Virus record (IMG/VR): IMGVR_UViG_3300032280_000594
Direction: 5' to 3' (one strand)
DNA from: a virus
Taxonomy: Duplodnaviria > Heunggongvirae > Uroviricota > Caudoviricetes
DNA: 64,000 bases
In this document: positions 45,966 through 55,774 of the stretch, piece after piece
How positions within the stretch are numbered: the first letter of the stretch is position 1
Layout: every line of letters starts with the position of its first letter
Made by a program: the position numbers and the translations under genes
Notes under the pieces: generated by a model
What the model was told of the DNA's origin: nothing
What the model saw: only the letters and a program-made list of their open reading frames with translations
The model's database searches: none

Positions 45966-46259
45966 TTATTTTGAATAGTTAGGTTTTCTACCTTCGCCTT
46001 GTTGGCCTTTTTTCTCTACTTTTCTTTTTCTAGCAACAGAAGCTTTCTTTTCTTTTTTAGACATTCTTGCAGCAACTCTTACTTTTCTACACTTTGGATA
46101 ACCACCTTTATCAGCATCATCACGACCACAAGGTGGATGTGATCCATCAGCATTGGTCTTGGATATGTCTACCCATTTTTCTTTAAACCACTTGTCAAGA
46201 CCACCCTTGGTTTTCTTTTCTTCTAAAATAAATTGTTCAAATAGTAGTATATGTTCCAT
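45966..46259 (-). CDS. small basic protein with FamA-like leader (MEHILLFEQF)
   Basis: Lys/Arg-rich C-terminal half; conserved Cys pair PPCGRD...YPKCRK. Confidence 0.5.
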   Translation of the reverse strand: MEHILLFEQFILEEKKTKGGLDKWFKEKWVDISKTNADGSHPPCGRDDADKGGYPKCRKVRVAARMSKKEKKASVARKRKVEKKGQQGEGRKPNYSK

Positions 46260-46468
46260 TATTTCTTTTTCTTTTTAGCTTTTTCCCATTTGCCACCTTT
46301 AGATTTATATCTTTTCGCAGCAGCTCCACATGCGTAAGCAGATGGCCATACATCGTATTTCGATTTGGCCCAAGCTTTACAACTATTCCATAGTTCGGAA
46401 TTTGTTGGTACATTCTTCTCTAAGATAAGAACTTCTTTAAAGTCTTCAAAAATTAATAAGTTTTTCAT
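46259..46468 (-). CDS. small basic protein with FamA-like leader (MKNLLIFEDF)
   Basis: ATGA overlap with previous gene; poly-Lys C-terminus; likely paralog of 45966..46259. Confidence 0.5.
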   Translation of the reverse strand: MKNLLIFEDFKEVLILEKNVPTNSELWNSCKAWAKSKYDVWPSAYACGAAAKRYKSKGGKWEKAKKKKK

Positions 46469-46529
46469 AATTGTATATATTAATTTTTTTTTATCTTTTT
46501 TTTACTTATCTTTGTAAAAAAGAAATTAT

Positions 46530-46625
46530 ATGGAAAACGCAGCAGCAGGTATCGCATTAATTGTATGTTTTTTAATCGTACCAATTTTATCAGACATTTT
46601 AGCTTTAATCTTTAAACGAAAATAA
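46530..46625 (+). CDS. 31-aa single-TM peptide
   Basis: MENAAAGIALIVCFLIVPILSDILALIFKRK; its stop forms a TAATATG junction with the next gene; not in track. Confidence 0.3.
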   Translation: MENAAAGIALIVCFLIVPILSDILALIFKRK

Positions 46626-46626
46626 T

Positions 46627-46824
46627 ATGTGTAAGAAACCTTGTTCCGAATGTCCCTGGACTATTAGAAATAAGTTCAATGATATGATTATCGAACACTC
46701 TAAGAAATATGATAAGGCACACAATTGTCATATGATACCTCAACAAAAGAGAGGTCCGTTATGGGATGTAAAAGAAGAAACAAAGTGTGTAGGTAGAAAA
46801 CAATTTGAAAAAGAAAGATGTTAG
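46627..46824 (+). CDS. small Cys/His-rich protein
   Basis: MCKKPCSECPW...HNCHM...CVGRK. Confidence 0.45.
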   Translation: MCKKPCSECPWTIRNKFNDMIIEHSKKYDKAHNCHMIPQQKRGPLWDVKEETKCVGRKQFEKERC

Positions 46825-47045
46825 TAGTTTGTTCGCGTAATGATTTACGTGGTTTCACATATGGTAGAATATATATTATCGGTTATAAAGCTGATATGAC
46901 TGAAGGTGGATATATTTTTGCTACAAATGATAAGGGTATTATTGTTGGTGAACCAAAACGTTATTTTAAAACTATTGAAGATTGGAAGAAAGGTTTAAAG
47001 AATAGGAATACCATTTTATGGGCTTTAACAAGTGGAGTATTATGA
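46818..47045 (+). CDS. FamB-like protein (tail diverged)
   Basis: MLVVCSRNDLRGFTYGRIYII, ends IEDWKKGLKNRNTILWALTSGVL. Confidence 0.45.
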   Translation: MLVVCSRNDLRGFTYGRIYIIGYKADMTEGGYIFATNDKGIIVGEPKRYFKTIEDWKKGLKNRNTILWALTSGVL

Positions 47046-47296
47046 TAGTAAGAGTTGTTAAACATTTAATGGTTTGTAATAATAAAGATTTATATGGCTT
47101 TACGTATGGTCGTATTTATAAATTCATAGATGATCCTGATATATATGATACAGGTTATAATTGGGTTATCAATGATAAGGGAGTTATTAAAGCGGCACCG
47201 TTAAGTTCATTTGTAACTGTGGATCAATTTAAGAAAATAGTTCGTAATAGGAATATGGCGTTAGCTGCTTTATCGAGGTCTGAGTTTTATGATTAG
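47042..47296 (+). CDS. FamB-like protein, paralog of the previous gene
   Basis: track ORF 47018..47296 trimmed to MIVRVVKHLMVCNNKDLYGFTYGRIYKFI (ATGA overlap). Confidence 0.45.
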   Translation: MIVRVVKHLMVCNNKDLYGFTYGRIYKFIDDPDIYDTGYNWVINDKGVIKAAPLSSFVTVDQFKKIVRNRNMALAALSRSEFYD

Positions 47297-47397
47297 ATTA
47301 TTTCGTTAGTCTAAATTTTAGTAGGGGTTTATCATTTATTGTGATATCCCCTTTTTTATTTTTACCAATCATATATATTATTTTTTATATATACATT

Positions 47398-48012
47398 ATG
47401 AGATATTTAAGGTCATTCAATGAAAGTTCTACTACGACTGATGTAGATTATTATAAATCTGCAATACATTACTTCAATAACAATTTGAATAATGATAGAG
47501 CTTTAGAGTATATTAATAAAGCGATTGAGTTATCGGATAGAAAAAGTAATCCTTATTACTTAGCACTAAAGAAGATGATTGAAGAAAAAGGACCTGAACC
47601 AAAGTTCGATAGTAATGAAGAACAGATAGAAGCTTTAAAAGATTTATGTGATATTAACTTAGCTTACTTAAAAGATGAGAATTTTATTGTAAGGGTTGTT
47701 CAATCAAGACCCGATTCATTTTACATTTATATTGGATTAGAAGGATTTAATGAAAGAGGTATGAGAGATTATTTTAGTTGGGCTAGTGTAAAAGATCATT
47801 TAATACCATTTTTTCATTACTTAGTAAAAGATTTTAAAATACAAGATACTGCAAAGGGTCATAACCCAAGAGGCATCTCGTTTGTTTCTTATGATAGTAC
47901 TGGTACTGTAAATGAACATATTGATGTTGATGAAATCTTAAATGATGAAATTGCTAACGATACACAAATTGCTGGTTTATCTATTTATGTTAAGTCAGAA
48001 TACTTTATTTAG
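47398..48012 (+). CDS. FamA protein with an 80-90 aa helical insertion between leader and core
   Basis: track ORF 47341..48012 trimmed to MRYLRSFNES; LCDINLAYLKDENF; WASVKDHLIPFF. Confidence 0.6.
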   Translation: MRYLRSFNESSTTTDVDYYKSAIHYFNNNLNNDRALEYINKAIELSDRKSNPYYLALKKMIEEKGPEPKFDSNEEQIEALKDLCDINLAYLKDENFIVRVVQSRPDSFYIYIGLEGFNERGMRDYFSWASVKDHLIPFFHYLVKDFKIQDTAKGHNPRGISFVSYDSTGTVNEHIDVDEILNDEIANDTQIAGLSIYVKSEYFI

Positions 48013-48019
48013 TTTTCTC

Positions 48020-48244
48020 TTATAGTCGTCTTAGTTCAAAGATTTCACCTTCAAAGGTTCTATATAAATAATCTTGAGATTCTTGTTCAGAATCATCTTC
48101 TAATGATAATCCTATTAAAGTAAGTTGTTTTGGTTCATTATCAATGATTTCGTATATGGTAACAAGTTTGCTACCGGTACATTCTAAAACATCGTCTCCA
48201 TAATCATCGACTTCGATGTCGACTACATAGTAAAATTTTCTCAT
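48020..48244 (-). CDS. hypothetical acidic protein
   Basis: ORF track 74 aa. Confidence 0.4.
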   Translation of the reverse strand: MRKFYYVVDIEVDDYGDDVLECTGSKLVTIYEIIDNEPKQLTLIGLSLEDDSEQESQDYLYRTFEGEIFELRRL

Positions 48245-48247
48245 ATA

Positions 48248-48505
48248 TTAATTTGTTAATTGTATTAAAAGGATTGGTAAGCATCCTACCATTGTCCAGA
48301 TAAAGTCCATTATATCTGCATTGGCACCGGGTACATAGTGATCGTGCCATTCTTTTAAAGCAGCGATTAGTGCGACTATTAATAAGGATGGTATGATTGG
48401 AAAAATCAGTAATGAAAGAGCATAGATAACTGAACCATAAATGAAATGGTTTGCTTTATCTAGTTCTATAACTGGTAGTGGTAGTTTCTTCATATTTTTT
48501 ACCAT
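48248..48505 (-). CDS. small membrane protein
   Basis: two hydrophobic helices. Confidence 0.45.
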   Translation of the reverse strand: MVKNMKKLPLPVIELDKANHFIYGSVIYALSLLIFPIIPSLLIVALIAALKEWHDHYVPGANADIMDFIWTMVGCLPILLIQLTN

Positions 48506-48822
48506 CTGTATCTTACGTTTTCAATTTCAAATTTATCCCACACTTTATATACCGCTTCAACAAATGGAATTGCCCATTCATCACCTTCTTCAGTTATCCA
48601 TTCAATTTTCACATCCATTCTTTCATCACAATCATTACGGACTATTGTATCATTTGTTACATCTGATTGAAAGTACTCTAACCAAATATGCCATAGGTCT
48701 TTATATTCACCACCAACTAGTTTATGGTAGTCTCTAAAGTATTTTTCTTCGATATCCATTTCTTTACAGATTTCTTTTTGGATGTCGAACCAGTCAAAAA
48801 AATCTAATTTATGTTCTGTCAT
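48499..48822 (-). CDS. hypothetical protein
   Basis: ORF track 107 aa. Confidence 0.45.
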   Translation of the reverse strand: MTEHKLDFFDWFDIQKEICKEMDIEEKYFRDYHKLVGGEYKDLWHIWLEYFQSDVTNDTIVRNDCDERMDVKIEWITEEGDEWAIPFVEAVYKVWDKFEIENVRYRW

Positions 48823-49474
48823 TATTTATTGGTTTATAAACGGTATTCACAAATACCATTTGTTCGTTACTATTGTATATTAATTGTTTATAAGGTTCAT
48901 AATTTATGTATCTCATAAAGTTATTATAATCTACTGCTTTTGTATCAATCTCTAATACTATTAAAGGTTTATCTCTTTTGATTAGTTCTTTTGCTCCTTT
49001 TAAAGCTTCAAACTCATAACCTTCGAGGTCTAAATGTATTAAATCGATTTTTTCAACAATAAAATCATCTAATTTAATCATATCTATTCTAATACCTTCT
49101 CCGATTTCACTTCTTGGTCCCATTTCTAGTCCTGATTCGTCTATATTCTTTAAACTACTTTTACAATTACTTTCACCTAAAGCTTGTTTATATAAGCTAA
49201 CATTGGTTAAATTGTTTAGCATGATTGTTTGTAAAGTACATTTGTACATTAAAGGATTAGGCTCAAAAACAAATACTCGATTACAATCTTTTAGTGCTGG
49301 TAGAAAATCACCAAACCCTGCACCTGCATGTACAACATTTCCACCAACTGATTGTATGAACTCTATTGTAGTTGGTTCGTGTACATCACCGTTGATAATT
49401 GTTTGTGCGGTGTAGGTATAGCTTATTTCTTCGGGTATTACGTATACACCGTATTTATTATGAGCTTTTATCAT
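48809..49474 (-). CDS. FkbM-family methyltransferase
   Basis: VVHAGAGFGDF (SAM-binding), VFVFEPNP, IHLDLEGYE. Confidence 0.6.
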   Translation of the reverse strand: MIKAHNKYGVYVIPEEISYTYTAQTIINGDVHEPTTIEFIQSVGGNVVHAGAGFGDFLPALKDCNRVFVFEPNPLMYKCTLQTIMLNNLTNVSLYKQALGESNCKSSLKNIDESGLEMGPRSEIGEGIRIDMIKLDDFIVEKIDLIHLDLEGYEFEALKGAKELIKRDKPLIVLEIDTKAVDYNNFMRYINYEPYKQLIYNSNEQMVFVNTVYKPINNDRT

Positions 49475-49475
49475 A

Positions 49476-49697
49476 TTACAATTGTGGTGGATCTAAGTCT
49501 TCTAATTGTTCTACGATGGTACTGGCAACTGGATAGTATTTCCATTTATTTTTTTCATCAACAAATTGATAGTTAGTTCCACTTGAAGATGCAAGATGTG
49601 CAACAATAGTTTCTTCTAACCAACATTGTGTACCTGCTTGTAATATTATTCTAATTCTATATCTTTTCATATTTATATTGTTTCTAAATTCCAACAA
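49476..49697 (-). CDS. hypothetical protein
   Basis: ORF track 73 aa. Confidence 0.35.
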   Translation of the reverse strand: MLEFRNNINMKRYRIRIILQAGTQCWLEETIVAHLASSSGTNYQFVDEKNKWKYYPVASTIVEQLEDLDPPQL

Positions 49698-50041
49698 ACT
49701 TCTGTAAGTATGGTATCATTACCACTTACTTTCATTAGTTCATTTTTATGTTTTTGTGAGTTCTCTCCTTGTTCACCCCAAAAAGTTTCTTGGTCGAAAT
49801 GATTTAATCTGGCTGAGATAACAAATGAATTGTAATCTTTATCTTGTAGATAACCTTTTAGCGGTATTAAACCACCTACACACGTATTCCAAGTGAACTT
49901 ACGTCCATCATAAGTAATCCAGTAGTAATCTTGTTGGTCGTCACCTATTGCGACTAATCTTTCAATTTTGTGACTTTGAGTGATTACAAATTGTCCTTTA
50001 AGAGTTTCAAACTCTTGTTTTATTTTATCTATTGTTGTCAT
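49673..50041 (-). CDS. hypothetical protein
   Basis: ORF track 122 aa. Confidence 0.45.
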   Translation of the reverse strand: MTTIDKIKQEFETLKGQFVITQSHKIERLVAIGDDQQDYYWITYDGRKFTWNTCVGGLIPLKGYLQDKDYNSFVISARLNHFDQETFWGEQGENSQKHKNELMKVSGNDTILTEVCWNLETI

Positions 50042-50100
50042 ATTTCTTAATCCATCTTAACCAGATGCAGGTTGTCCAAGTTAATATAAAGGTCATTATT

Positions 50101-50556
50101 CTATTCTTCATCAATTAAGAAGTTTAATTTATTTTCTCTGTTGTATTGTAAAGATACATCATCGAACCATTGAGGTATAAATTGAGGAAGACCGTCTAGT
50201 AGTTCTGTGAAAGTATAAGGACCTCTAGTTGCACCATAAGGTACTCCTGGTGGTTGATGTGAGATTGTTATTAACATATCTACGTTATTACAATCTTCCC
50301 AAACCATTTCATGTTTAGCTTCAACGTTTTTACCTTTATATATTTCTGATATGTTTACTAATTTTTTATACTCGAACCCAGTTGTTAAATAACAATCTTT
50401 AGTTTCATATCGAGTAGGTTTATAAACTTCGGTTATGGCAATTGTTCTAACACCAATTTTTTGTAGAACGATCATATCACCTTCACGAAGAGACCAGTTG
50501 CCATCGTGTACTAATACTGAAATATTTTGTTTTATTCGTAAATATATTTTATCCAT
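50101..50556 (-). CDS. hypothetical protein with FamB-like tail (YNRENKLNFLIDEE)
   Basis: ORF track 151 aa. Confidence 0.45.
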   Translation of the reverse strand: MDKIYLRIKQNISVLVHDGNWSLREGDMIVLQKIGVRTIAITEVYKPTRYETKDCYLTTGFEYKKLVNISEIYKGKNVEAKHEMVWEDCNNVDMLITISHQPPGVPYGATRGPYTFTELLDGLPQFIPQWFDDVSLQYNRENKLNFLIDEE

Positions 50557-50570
50557 TTAGGTCATTTAGT

Positions 50571-50816
50571 TTACCAATAAAGTGAGTCCAACTTATTATA
50601 ATTGAATTTAACTTTTGAAAGTAACATTAGTTTAAGATTTTCTTTTTGTTGTTCTGTGGTAATAAACCGTTTATCTGAATAGTAGAATTTACCACCGGTT
50701 TCATCGATAATAGCAACCATATTGGTTGCTGTATCAACTACTTCATAGTGTTTACCTTTTCTAAGACCTGTGGTAACCATTACACAAACTACTTTATCTC
50801 CGTTATTAAACTTCAT
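50571..50816 (-). CDS. FamB-like protein (GLRKGKHYEVV N-terminal type)
   Basis: ORF track 81 aa. Confidence 0.45.
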   Translation of the reverse strand: MKFNNGDKVVCVMVTTGLRKGKHYEVVDTATNMVAIIDETGGKFYYSDKRFITTEQQKENLKLMLLSKVKFNYNKLDSLYW

Positions 50817-51034
50817 TAGTCAAGGATTGGGAAGCTACCATTAGCTTCAATCATTTGTGATTTTAACTTATTAAATTCTTCTACTAAATTACTTTGGATA
50901 TAAACGTCACCAATTCCAGAGAGTGATGATTCGTTTCTAAATTCTGATCCAGGAAATTGGTCAAGGAAACCTTGCTCTGAAATTTGTTCAAATGTTCCTT
51001 TCATTGTTCTACCTACTTTTACTAATTCACTCAT
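50816..51034 (-). CDS. hypothetical protein
   Basis: ORF track 72 aa. Confidence 0.4.
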   Translation of the reverse strand: MSELVKVGRTMKGTFEQISEQGFLDQFPGSEFRNESSLSGIGDVYIQSNLVEEFNKLKSQMIEANGSFPILD

Positions 51035-51046
51035 AATTTTATTTTT

Positions 51047-51307
51047 TTATTCGGAGTAACCAGCACTCCATAAATTTACTCTTTTTATTGTATTTCTTTT
51101 TAACATATTCTTTAAAGCTACTTTCCATTGTTCATAAGTAATGAAACGATTTCTGTAGTACATATATTCTGCACCAGTATCACAAACAATAGAAACTATA
51201 CTATTTTCTTCGGGGTAATCGTATATTTCATTAAGTATTTCATAGTGTTTACCTTTTGTTAAACCAAAACAAGGAGTTACACAAACCATTACTCTTCTTT
51301 TTTTCAT
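51047..51307 (-). CDS. FamB-like protein (GLTKGKHYEIL type)
   Basis: RFITYEQWKVALKNMLKRN. Confidence 0.45.
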   Translation of the reverse strand: MKKRRVMVCVTPCFGLTKGKHYEILNEIYDYPEENSIVSIVCDTGAEYMYYRNRFITYEQWKVALKNMLKRNTIKRVNLWSAGYSE

Positions 51308-51513
51308 CTTACCATATTTCTGTTAAGCATTCGTTTTAAACTTTCTTTCCATTCTTGTTCTGTGATAAATCTGTTTCGACTATAAAAGTAATTATCACCA
51401 AGATCATCTGTTACAAGTAACAAGTTATATTGGTGTGCTTCAGTTGCTTCAATTGCATTATATTTTTTTCCTTTGGTTAAACCTTCGGAAGGACGTTTGC
51501 AGATTACTATCAT
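51304..51513 (-). CDS. FamB-like protein (GLTKGKKYNAI type)
   Basis: RFITEQEWKESLKRMLNRN; ATGA overlap. Confidence 0.45.
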   Translation of the reverse strand: MIVICKRPSEGLTKGKKYNAIEATEAHQYNLLLVTDDLGDNYFYSRNRFITEQEWKESLKRMLNRNMVR

Positions 51514-51555
51514 TAGTAAGTATAGTTATTTATTTTAGTAAATTTAATTGGCTCA

Positions 51556-51786
51556 TTATTCTAATATTTGGTTTATTTTATTATCTCTTGATTTTGATTT
51601 TGTGATAAACATATTTTTTTTACTATACATTTTCATATCACCTAAATCGGTTCTAAGAAAGAAACTTTTATTACCTAATGTTTCTATCCCACATTCATAC
51701 TGTTTACCTTTGGTTAGTTCTCTTACTTTACCTTGACCAGGAATGTTTCGGTAAAAATCTCTTACGGGTATTACTATTTCTATCAT
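51556..51786 (-). CDS. FamB protein
   Basis: ends KSKSRDNKINQILE. Confidence 0.5.
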   Translation of the reverse strand: MIEIVIPVRDFYRNIPGQGKVRELTKGKQYECGIETLGNKSFFLRTDLGDMKMYSKKNMFITKSKSRDNKINQILE

Positions 51787-52007
51787 ATTAATAAATCTTT
51801 TAATCTATTATCTCTCGAAAGTACTTTGTCAAATTTTAACTCACTTTCCTTGTATTCAAGTCCATCATCTAACTTATATGTTATAGTAGTTGAATTAGTC
51901 TTAAATATTATTGTCTTTGTAATTTGAACAATTCTTCCAGTTTTAAATATGACTGTTCCTTTTTTGGAATCGAATTTGGTTATATGTACGGTGTCTCCTA
52001 GTTTCAT
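51783..52007 (-). CDS. FamB protein
   Basis: ends KVLSRDNRLKDLLI. Confidence 0.5.
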   Translation of the reverse strand: MKLGDTVHITKFDSKKGTVIFKTGRIVQITKTIIFKTNSTTITYKLDDGLEYKESELKFDKVLSRDNRLKDLLI

Positions 52008-52142
52008 TTATAAAAGTTCATTTAATTTATTACTTTTTAATATATTATCTTCTACCCATAATGGTTGAAAGTTAGTAAAATGGTTTAATTTAATAATTTC
52101 TTCTTCTGATTTTGCAATACTGACCGGAAATAATATTATTTT

Positions 52143-52499
52143 CTATAGAAGTTCATTTAATTTCTTCTCTCTTACTTTATCTATACGATTTAGAAAGTCA
52201 GGTATCTCAGGAACCTCCCGATATACCCACCATTCACTTCCATCGAACTCTTCCCTAGTTGTCCAAGTACCATCTTCATACCAAATTATTCCATCTAGTT
52301 CTTGACCACCATAACCGTTATTATAGTCCCTATCTAATATAGATAAGAACTCATTATATTCTTCTTGAGTATATCCGGTGGTTAAAAATGCCTTATCACC
52401 ATCTTCAAATTCGACGAACTCGATGTAAGCACATTTTACTATTTTTCTTCCAACATGATTTATAAATTCATCCTTTGCACTTATTCTAGCCATTATCAA
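52143..52499 (-). CDS. FamB-like protein
   Basis: ends LNRIDKVREKKLNELL. Confidence 0.5.
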   Translation of the reverse strand: MIMARISAKDEFINHVGRKIVKCAYIEFVEFEDGDKAFLTTGYTQEEYNEFLSILDRDYNNGYGGQELDGIIWYEDGTWTTREEFDGSEWWVYREVPEIPDFLNRIDKVREKKLNELL

Positions 52500-52511
52500 T
52501 CAATCATATTA

Positions 52512-52622
52512 TTATTGTTTATCAGCGATTTCTTTTAAATAAACTTCTGTATCAAAATCTTGTGGGATTTGACCATCAAATTTTTGTAAAAGTTCCATAT
52601 AAATATCTTTCATTCTAGACAT
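52512..52622 (-). CDS. small hypothetical protein (36 aa)
   Basis: MSRMKDIYMELLQKFDGQIPQDFDTEVYLKEIADKQ; not in track; coordinates approximate. Confidence 0.25.
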   Translation of the reverse strand: MSRMKDIYMELLQKFDGQIPQDFDTEVYLKEIADKQ

Positions 52623-52663
52623 AACGTTTTATTTTTAGGTTTAGACAAAGATAAGGATAAAAA

Positions 52664-52698
52664 TAAAAAAGACCTCAAAAAGGTCTTATTTTTTTTAT
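52664..52698. terminator. bidirectional intrinsic terminator
   Basis: aaaaa-aagacc-tcaaaaa-ggtctt-attttttttt at the end of - gene 52695..53321. Confidence 0.6.
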
Positions 52699-53321
52699 AC
52701 TACACCATTTATTTTAAATGGTGGTTCTATACCATTAACTTTTGCATAATTATTTATACCATTAACTTTATTTACTAGTGTATATTCTATGTAGGGGTAT
52801 AGTCCAGGTGTGTCGTAATATATATATCTACCTGATTCTTCTATTGATAAAGTTCCTGTACTATAATCATGCGTTTGCTCTATTAAGACAATATTAAGTT
52901 CACCGGTAACAGCATCATTGATTGCATCATTATTTAAAGTAATAGAACTAAAAGTTCCTGCTGGACTTATGTCAAAGTAGAATGAACCAAATGTTGTTTT
53001 GTCAAAGTGTGATGTATTTAAAGTTGTTGATAAAGATTTTGGTGATTCCAAACATGCGATTTTACCACCAGCTGGAAAAGGATCCCAATAAATATTTAAT
53101 GTTATATTGCTTACACTAGCTCCTATCAATATGCTAGTATCAAAAGAGATATAAGTCCTAAATATTTCGTATGTAGAACCATCATATGTAGCAGCTGCTT
53201 TTGCTTGAGGTGGAGAAACATCTACAAATGACGCAGTTGTTGAATTTTCTAATGTGGTCCAGTTACTTCCTGTCTTATATAAGTAACCACCTTTTGTTAA
53301 TTCTGCTGTAATTATACCCAT
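52695..53321 (-). CDS. Ser/Thr/Asn-rich beta-rich protein (possible virion or fibre-like component)
   Basis: ORF track 208 aa; composition only. Confidence 0.45.
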   Translation of the reverse strand: MGIITAELTKGGYLYKTGSNWTTLENSTTASFVDVSPPQAKAAATYDGSTYEIFRTYISFDTSILIGASVSNITLNIYWDPFPAGGKIACLESPKSLSTTLNTSHFDKTTFGSFYFDISPAGTFSSITLNNDAINDAVTGELNIVLIEQTHDYSTGTLSIEESGRYIYYDTPGLYPYIEYTLVNKVNGINNYAKVNGIEPPFKINGVV

Positions 53322-53618
53322 AGAGTATATATTAAATCTTAAAGCCAGTATTCTTTTTTGAATGTAATTTTTGATAAAGGTATTTTAAATAAACGTATTA
53401 TTTTAGATTTACGTTCTATAACTTTAAAATTAAAGAAGATTTGTTTTTCGTATTTCTTCTTTTTTGTAAATAAATTATTAAATATCATCTTGGTCCTGCA
53501 TTATAAGTACCTCGTTGACGAGGATTAAGAGCTTCTTTTCTTTCTTTTACTAACTCTTTTAAAAAACTATCAAACTTCTCTGGTTCAGTTTTTCTAAATA
53601 AACTTTTTATCCATTTAA

Positions 53619-53828
53619 TCATTTTATTATCTTTTCAATTTTCTTTTTACGTATTGCAGTTCTCCAACGAGAGGTTACTTTTCTATATTCTTCTATACTT
53701 ATTTCTGTTGATATAGAACCGCCACATATACCAGAAGTTCTATATGATGCTGGTAAAGTACAAGGTGCTTTATCATAGTTAGTTGCAAGTGAACCACCAC
53801 ATCTATTACATTGATAGTATCTATCCAT
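53619..53828 (-). CDS. zinc-ribbon small protein
   Basis: CNRCGG...C...CGG cysteine pairs. Confidence 0.45.
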   Translation of the reverse strand: MDRYYQCNRCGGSLATNYDKAPCTLPASYRTSGICGGSISTEISIEEYRKVTSRWRTAIRKKKIEKIIK

Positions 53829-54129
53829 TATGTAGTATATTTTCTAATTTATAGTCTCTCATTATTTGTACACACTTATCATGCTCAGAATCTAAAAGAT
53901 ATAATTGTTCTGTTACATTAACAGAGTAAACCAGTATGATACCATCAATTATAAGATTAGTTAAATTATTGATCATTGGTAGTTTATTTTTTACTAGATA
54001 TGGATTGATGTCACGTAGTGAATTACCTTGACAAACTTCATCAATTATCTCCCATCTATCTACTTCATTTATATCACCGGGTTGTGGGAAAGTTTTTGTG
54101 GTATCTGTATATCTAACGAGGTATGTCAT
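53821..54129 (-). CDS. hypothetical protein
   Basis: ORF track 102 aa. Confidence 0.45.
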   Translation of the reverse strand: MTYLVRYTDTTKTFPQPGDINEVDRWEIIDEVCQGNSLRDINPYLVKNKLPMINNLTNLIIDGIILVYSVNVTEQLYLLDSEHDKCVQIMRDYKLENILHNG

Positions 54130-54344
54130 ATTCCCAAATCATTTAATTTCTTATCTCTCATTTCAACAGTTGCATCTTCAAACCAATTTTTATATACTGA
54201 ATAAATAGCTTTATCACCAGTGTTATCTATAATTTCAACATAATTATCGTCACCATCAATAAAGTAATCAAGTACTTCATAGATTTTATTTAACGTTAGT
54301 CGTCTTGAATTAACTTCGGTATATAAACATTTTACATATTTCAT
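54126..54344 (-). CDS. FamB protein
   Basis: MKYVKCLY...WFEDATVEMRDKKLNDLGI. Confidence 0.6.
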   Translation of the reverse strand: MKYVKCLYTEVNSRRLTLNKIYEVLDYFIDGDDNYVEIIDNTGDKAIYSVYKNWFEDATVEMRDKKLNDLGI

Positions 54345-54721
54345 TATAGTAATCCTCTTTGTATTAGTAATTCTTCCATCTTTACCCAGTCAACATAAGG
54401 ATGTGTTGAAACACTCCTATTAAATAGAAGTGGTGTACCAAGTGCAGTATCATCAATTATAAAATCCGCATGAGACTTTGGAGAGTTAGTCCAACTACGT
54501 TGAGTTGGATTTGTATTAATTCCGTATAATGTAATGTCATTTTGTTTGAACCACTCAATAGCTTCTTTTAGATATGAGTTATCACCTCGCATAGTAAAAA
54601 GGATTAGTTGATGTCCATTTTCTACTAAACGTTTTAAAACAGGTACTGCACCAATGTCTTTCCCTACACGGGGGTATTCGTGGGTCACAACGGTCCCATC
54701 AAAATCACAATTGATTATCAT
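54344..54721 (-). CDS. HAD-superfamily phosphatase
   Basis: motif I IINCDFDGTVV; LFTMRGD; C-terminal FIIDDTALG. Confidence 0.55.
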   Translation of the reverse strand: MIINCDFDGTVVTHEYPRVGKDIGAVPVLKRLVENGHQLILFTMRGDNSYLKEAIEWFKQNDITLYGINTNPTQRSWTNSPKSHADFIIDDTALGTPLLFNRSVSTHPYVDWVKMEELLIQRGLL

Positions 54722-54736
54722 ATTATTTAATTTTTT

Positions 54737-55402
54737 TTATAGTTTATACTTCCAGATAAATCCTCCTGATGTTTTAATAATATTTTTTAAACACTGACTT
54801 ATAGAACTTCTTTTTATATTTAGAACTCTTTCAACCTCGGCACCACTTTCCCATTCTTTTATAAAAACCATATCTAAGGTATATTGTAATATTGCCTTTT
54901 TTACAGGATTTATATAACCATTTTCATATAATTTTTTTTGAGACTCGCTCATTTTATTTTTAGACTCTTGTGAGAACTTTTTCTTTTTTGTCCAGTGGTT
55001 ATCACCACCTTGTGCTTCACTTTTAATTTTATTTCTCCATTCTGGATGTTTTAATCCTAGGTTGGCAAGTCTAATTTTTTCTTTAGTTTCATCACTACGT
55101 TTTACACCTATACTTGAAGTCGCAATTAGGTTTATATTTATCTCCGGTTTGAAATAATTTATATAGTATTGTTCTCTCTCAATTAGACTTTCTTTAGTCT
55201 CAACAACTTCTATTATAGAGAAAGTAAATGATTCCTTACCATATAAATTATAAAGTTTTTGTAGTTTATAATTTTTATGTTTATTGTTTTTTAACTCACT
55301 AAAATGTCTATTTCTTCTTTTATAGACATGATATGATGATCCTATATAAGATTCATTATTTATTGTATTTTTTATACAATAAATTCCTTGTATTGATTCC
55401 AT
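54737..55402 (-). mobile_element. free-standing GIY-YIG homing endonuclease gene (I-TevI/Seg-like)
   Basis: GIYCIKN...SYIGSS...KRRNRHFSEL...N.KLQKLYN...F.FSIIE catalytic domain, NUMOD3-like repeats (TKEKIRLANLG) and C-terminal HTH-like tail; intergenic, not inside a host gene. Confidence 0.75.
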
Positions 55403-55465
55403 TTTGATTATTTATTTTTATTTATATATAAAAATATAAAATCTTCCTTTTATCAAAATCTATAT

Positions 55466-55774
55466 TTATATTCCTAAGTCGTTTAATTTATCTTCTCTAA
55501 TTCTTGCTAGAGATACTTGTTCATAAAATTTATAGAAACTTGTATTTTCAATTACTTCTACAAAATCATCTGGGATTTCTATATCGAAATCTTTTTCAAA
55601 GTCCATAATCATTTCAATGAAGTCTATGTCATCCATACCAGTAGAGTACCACTTAACATTATCAGGTGTAAGATCATCTAATTGTATACTGAACTTATCT
55701 TCTAACATATTATCGAAGTAACCAGGTCTAGACCTTAGCACCGTTATTAAGTCTTGTATATTATCTACTATCAT
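55466..55774 (-). CDS. FamB protein
   Basis: ends ARIREDKLNDLGI. Confidence 0.55.
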   Translation of the reverse strand: MIVDNIQDLITVLRSRPGYFDNMLEDKFSIQLDDLTPDNVKWYSTGMDDIDFIEMIMDFEKDFDIEIPDDFVEVIENTSFYKFYEQVSLARIREDKLNDLGI

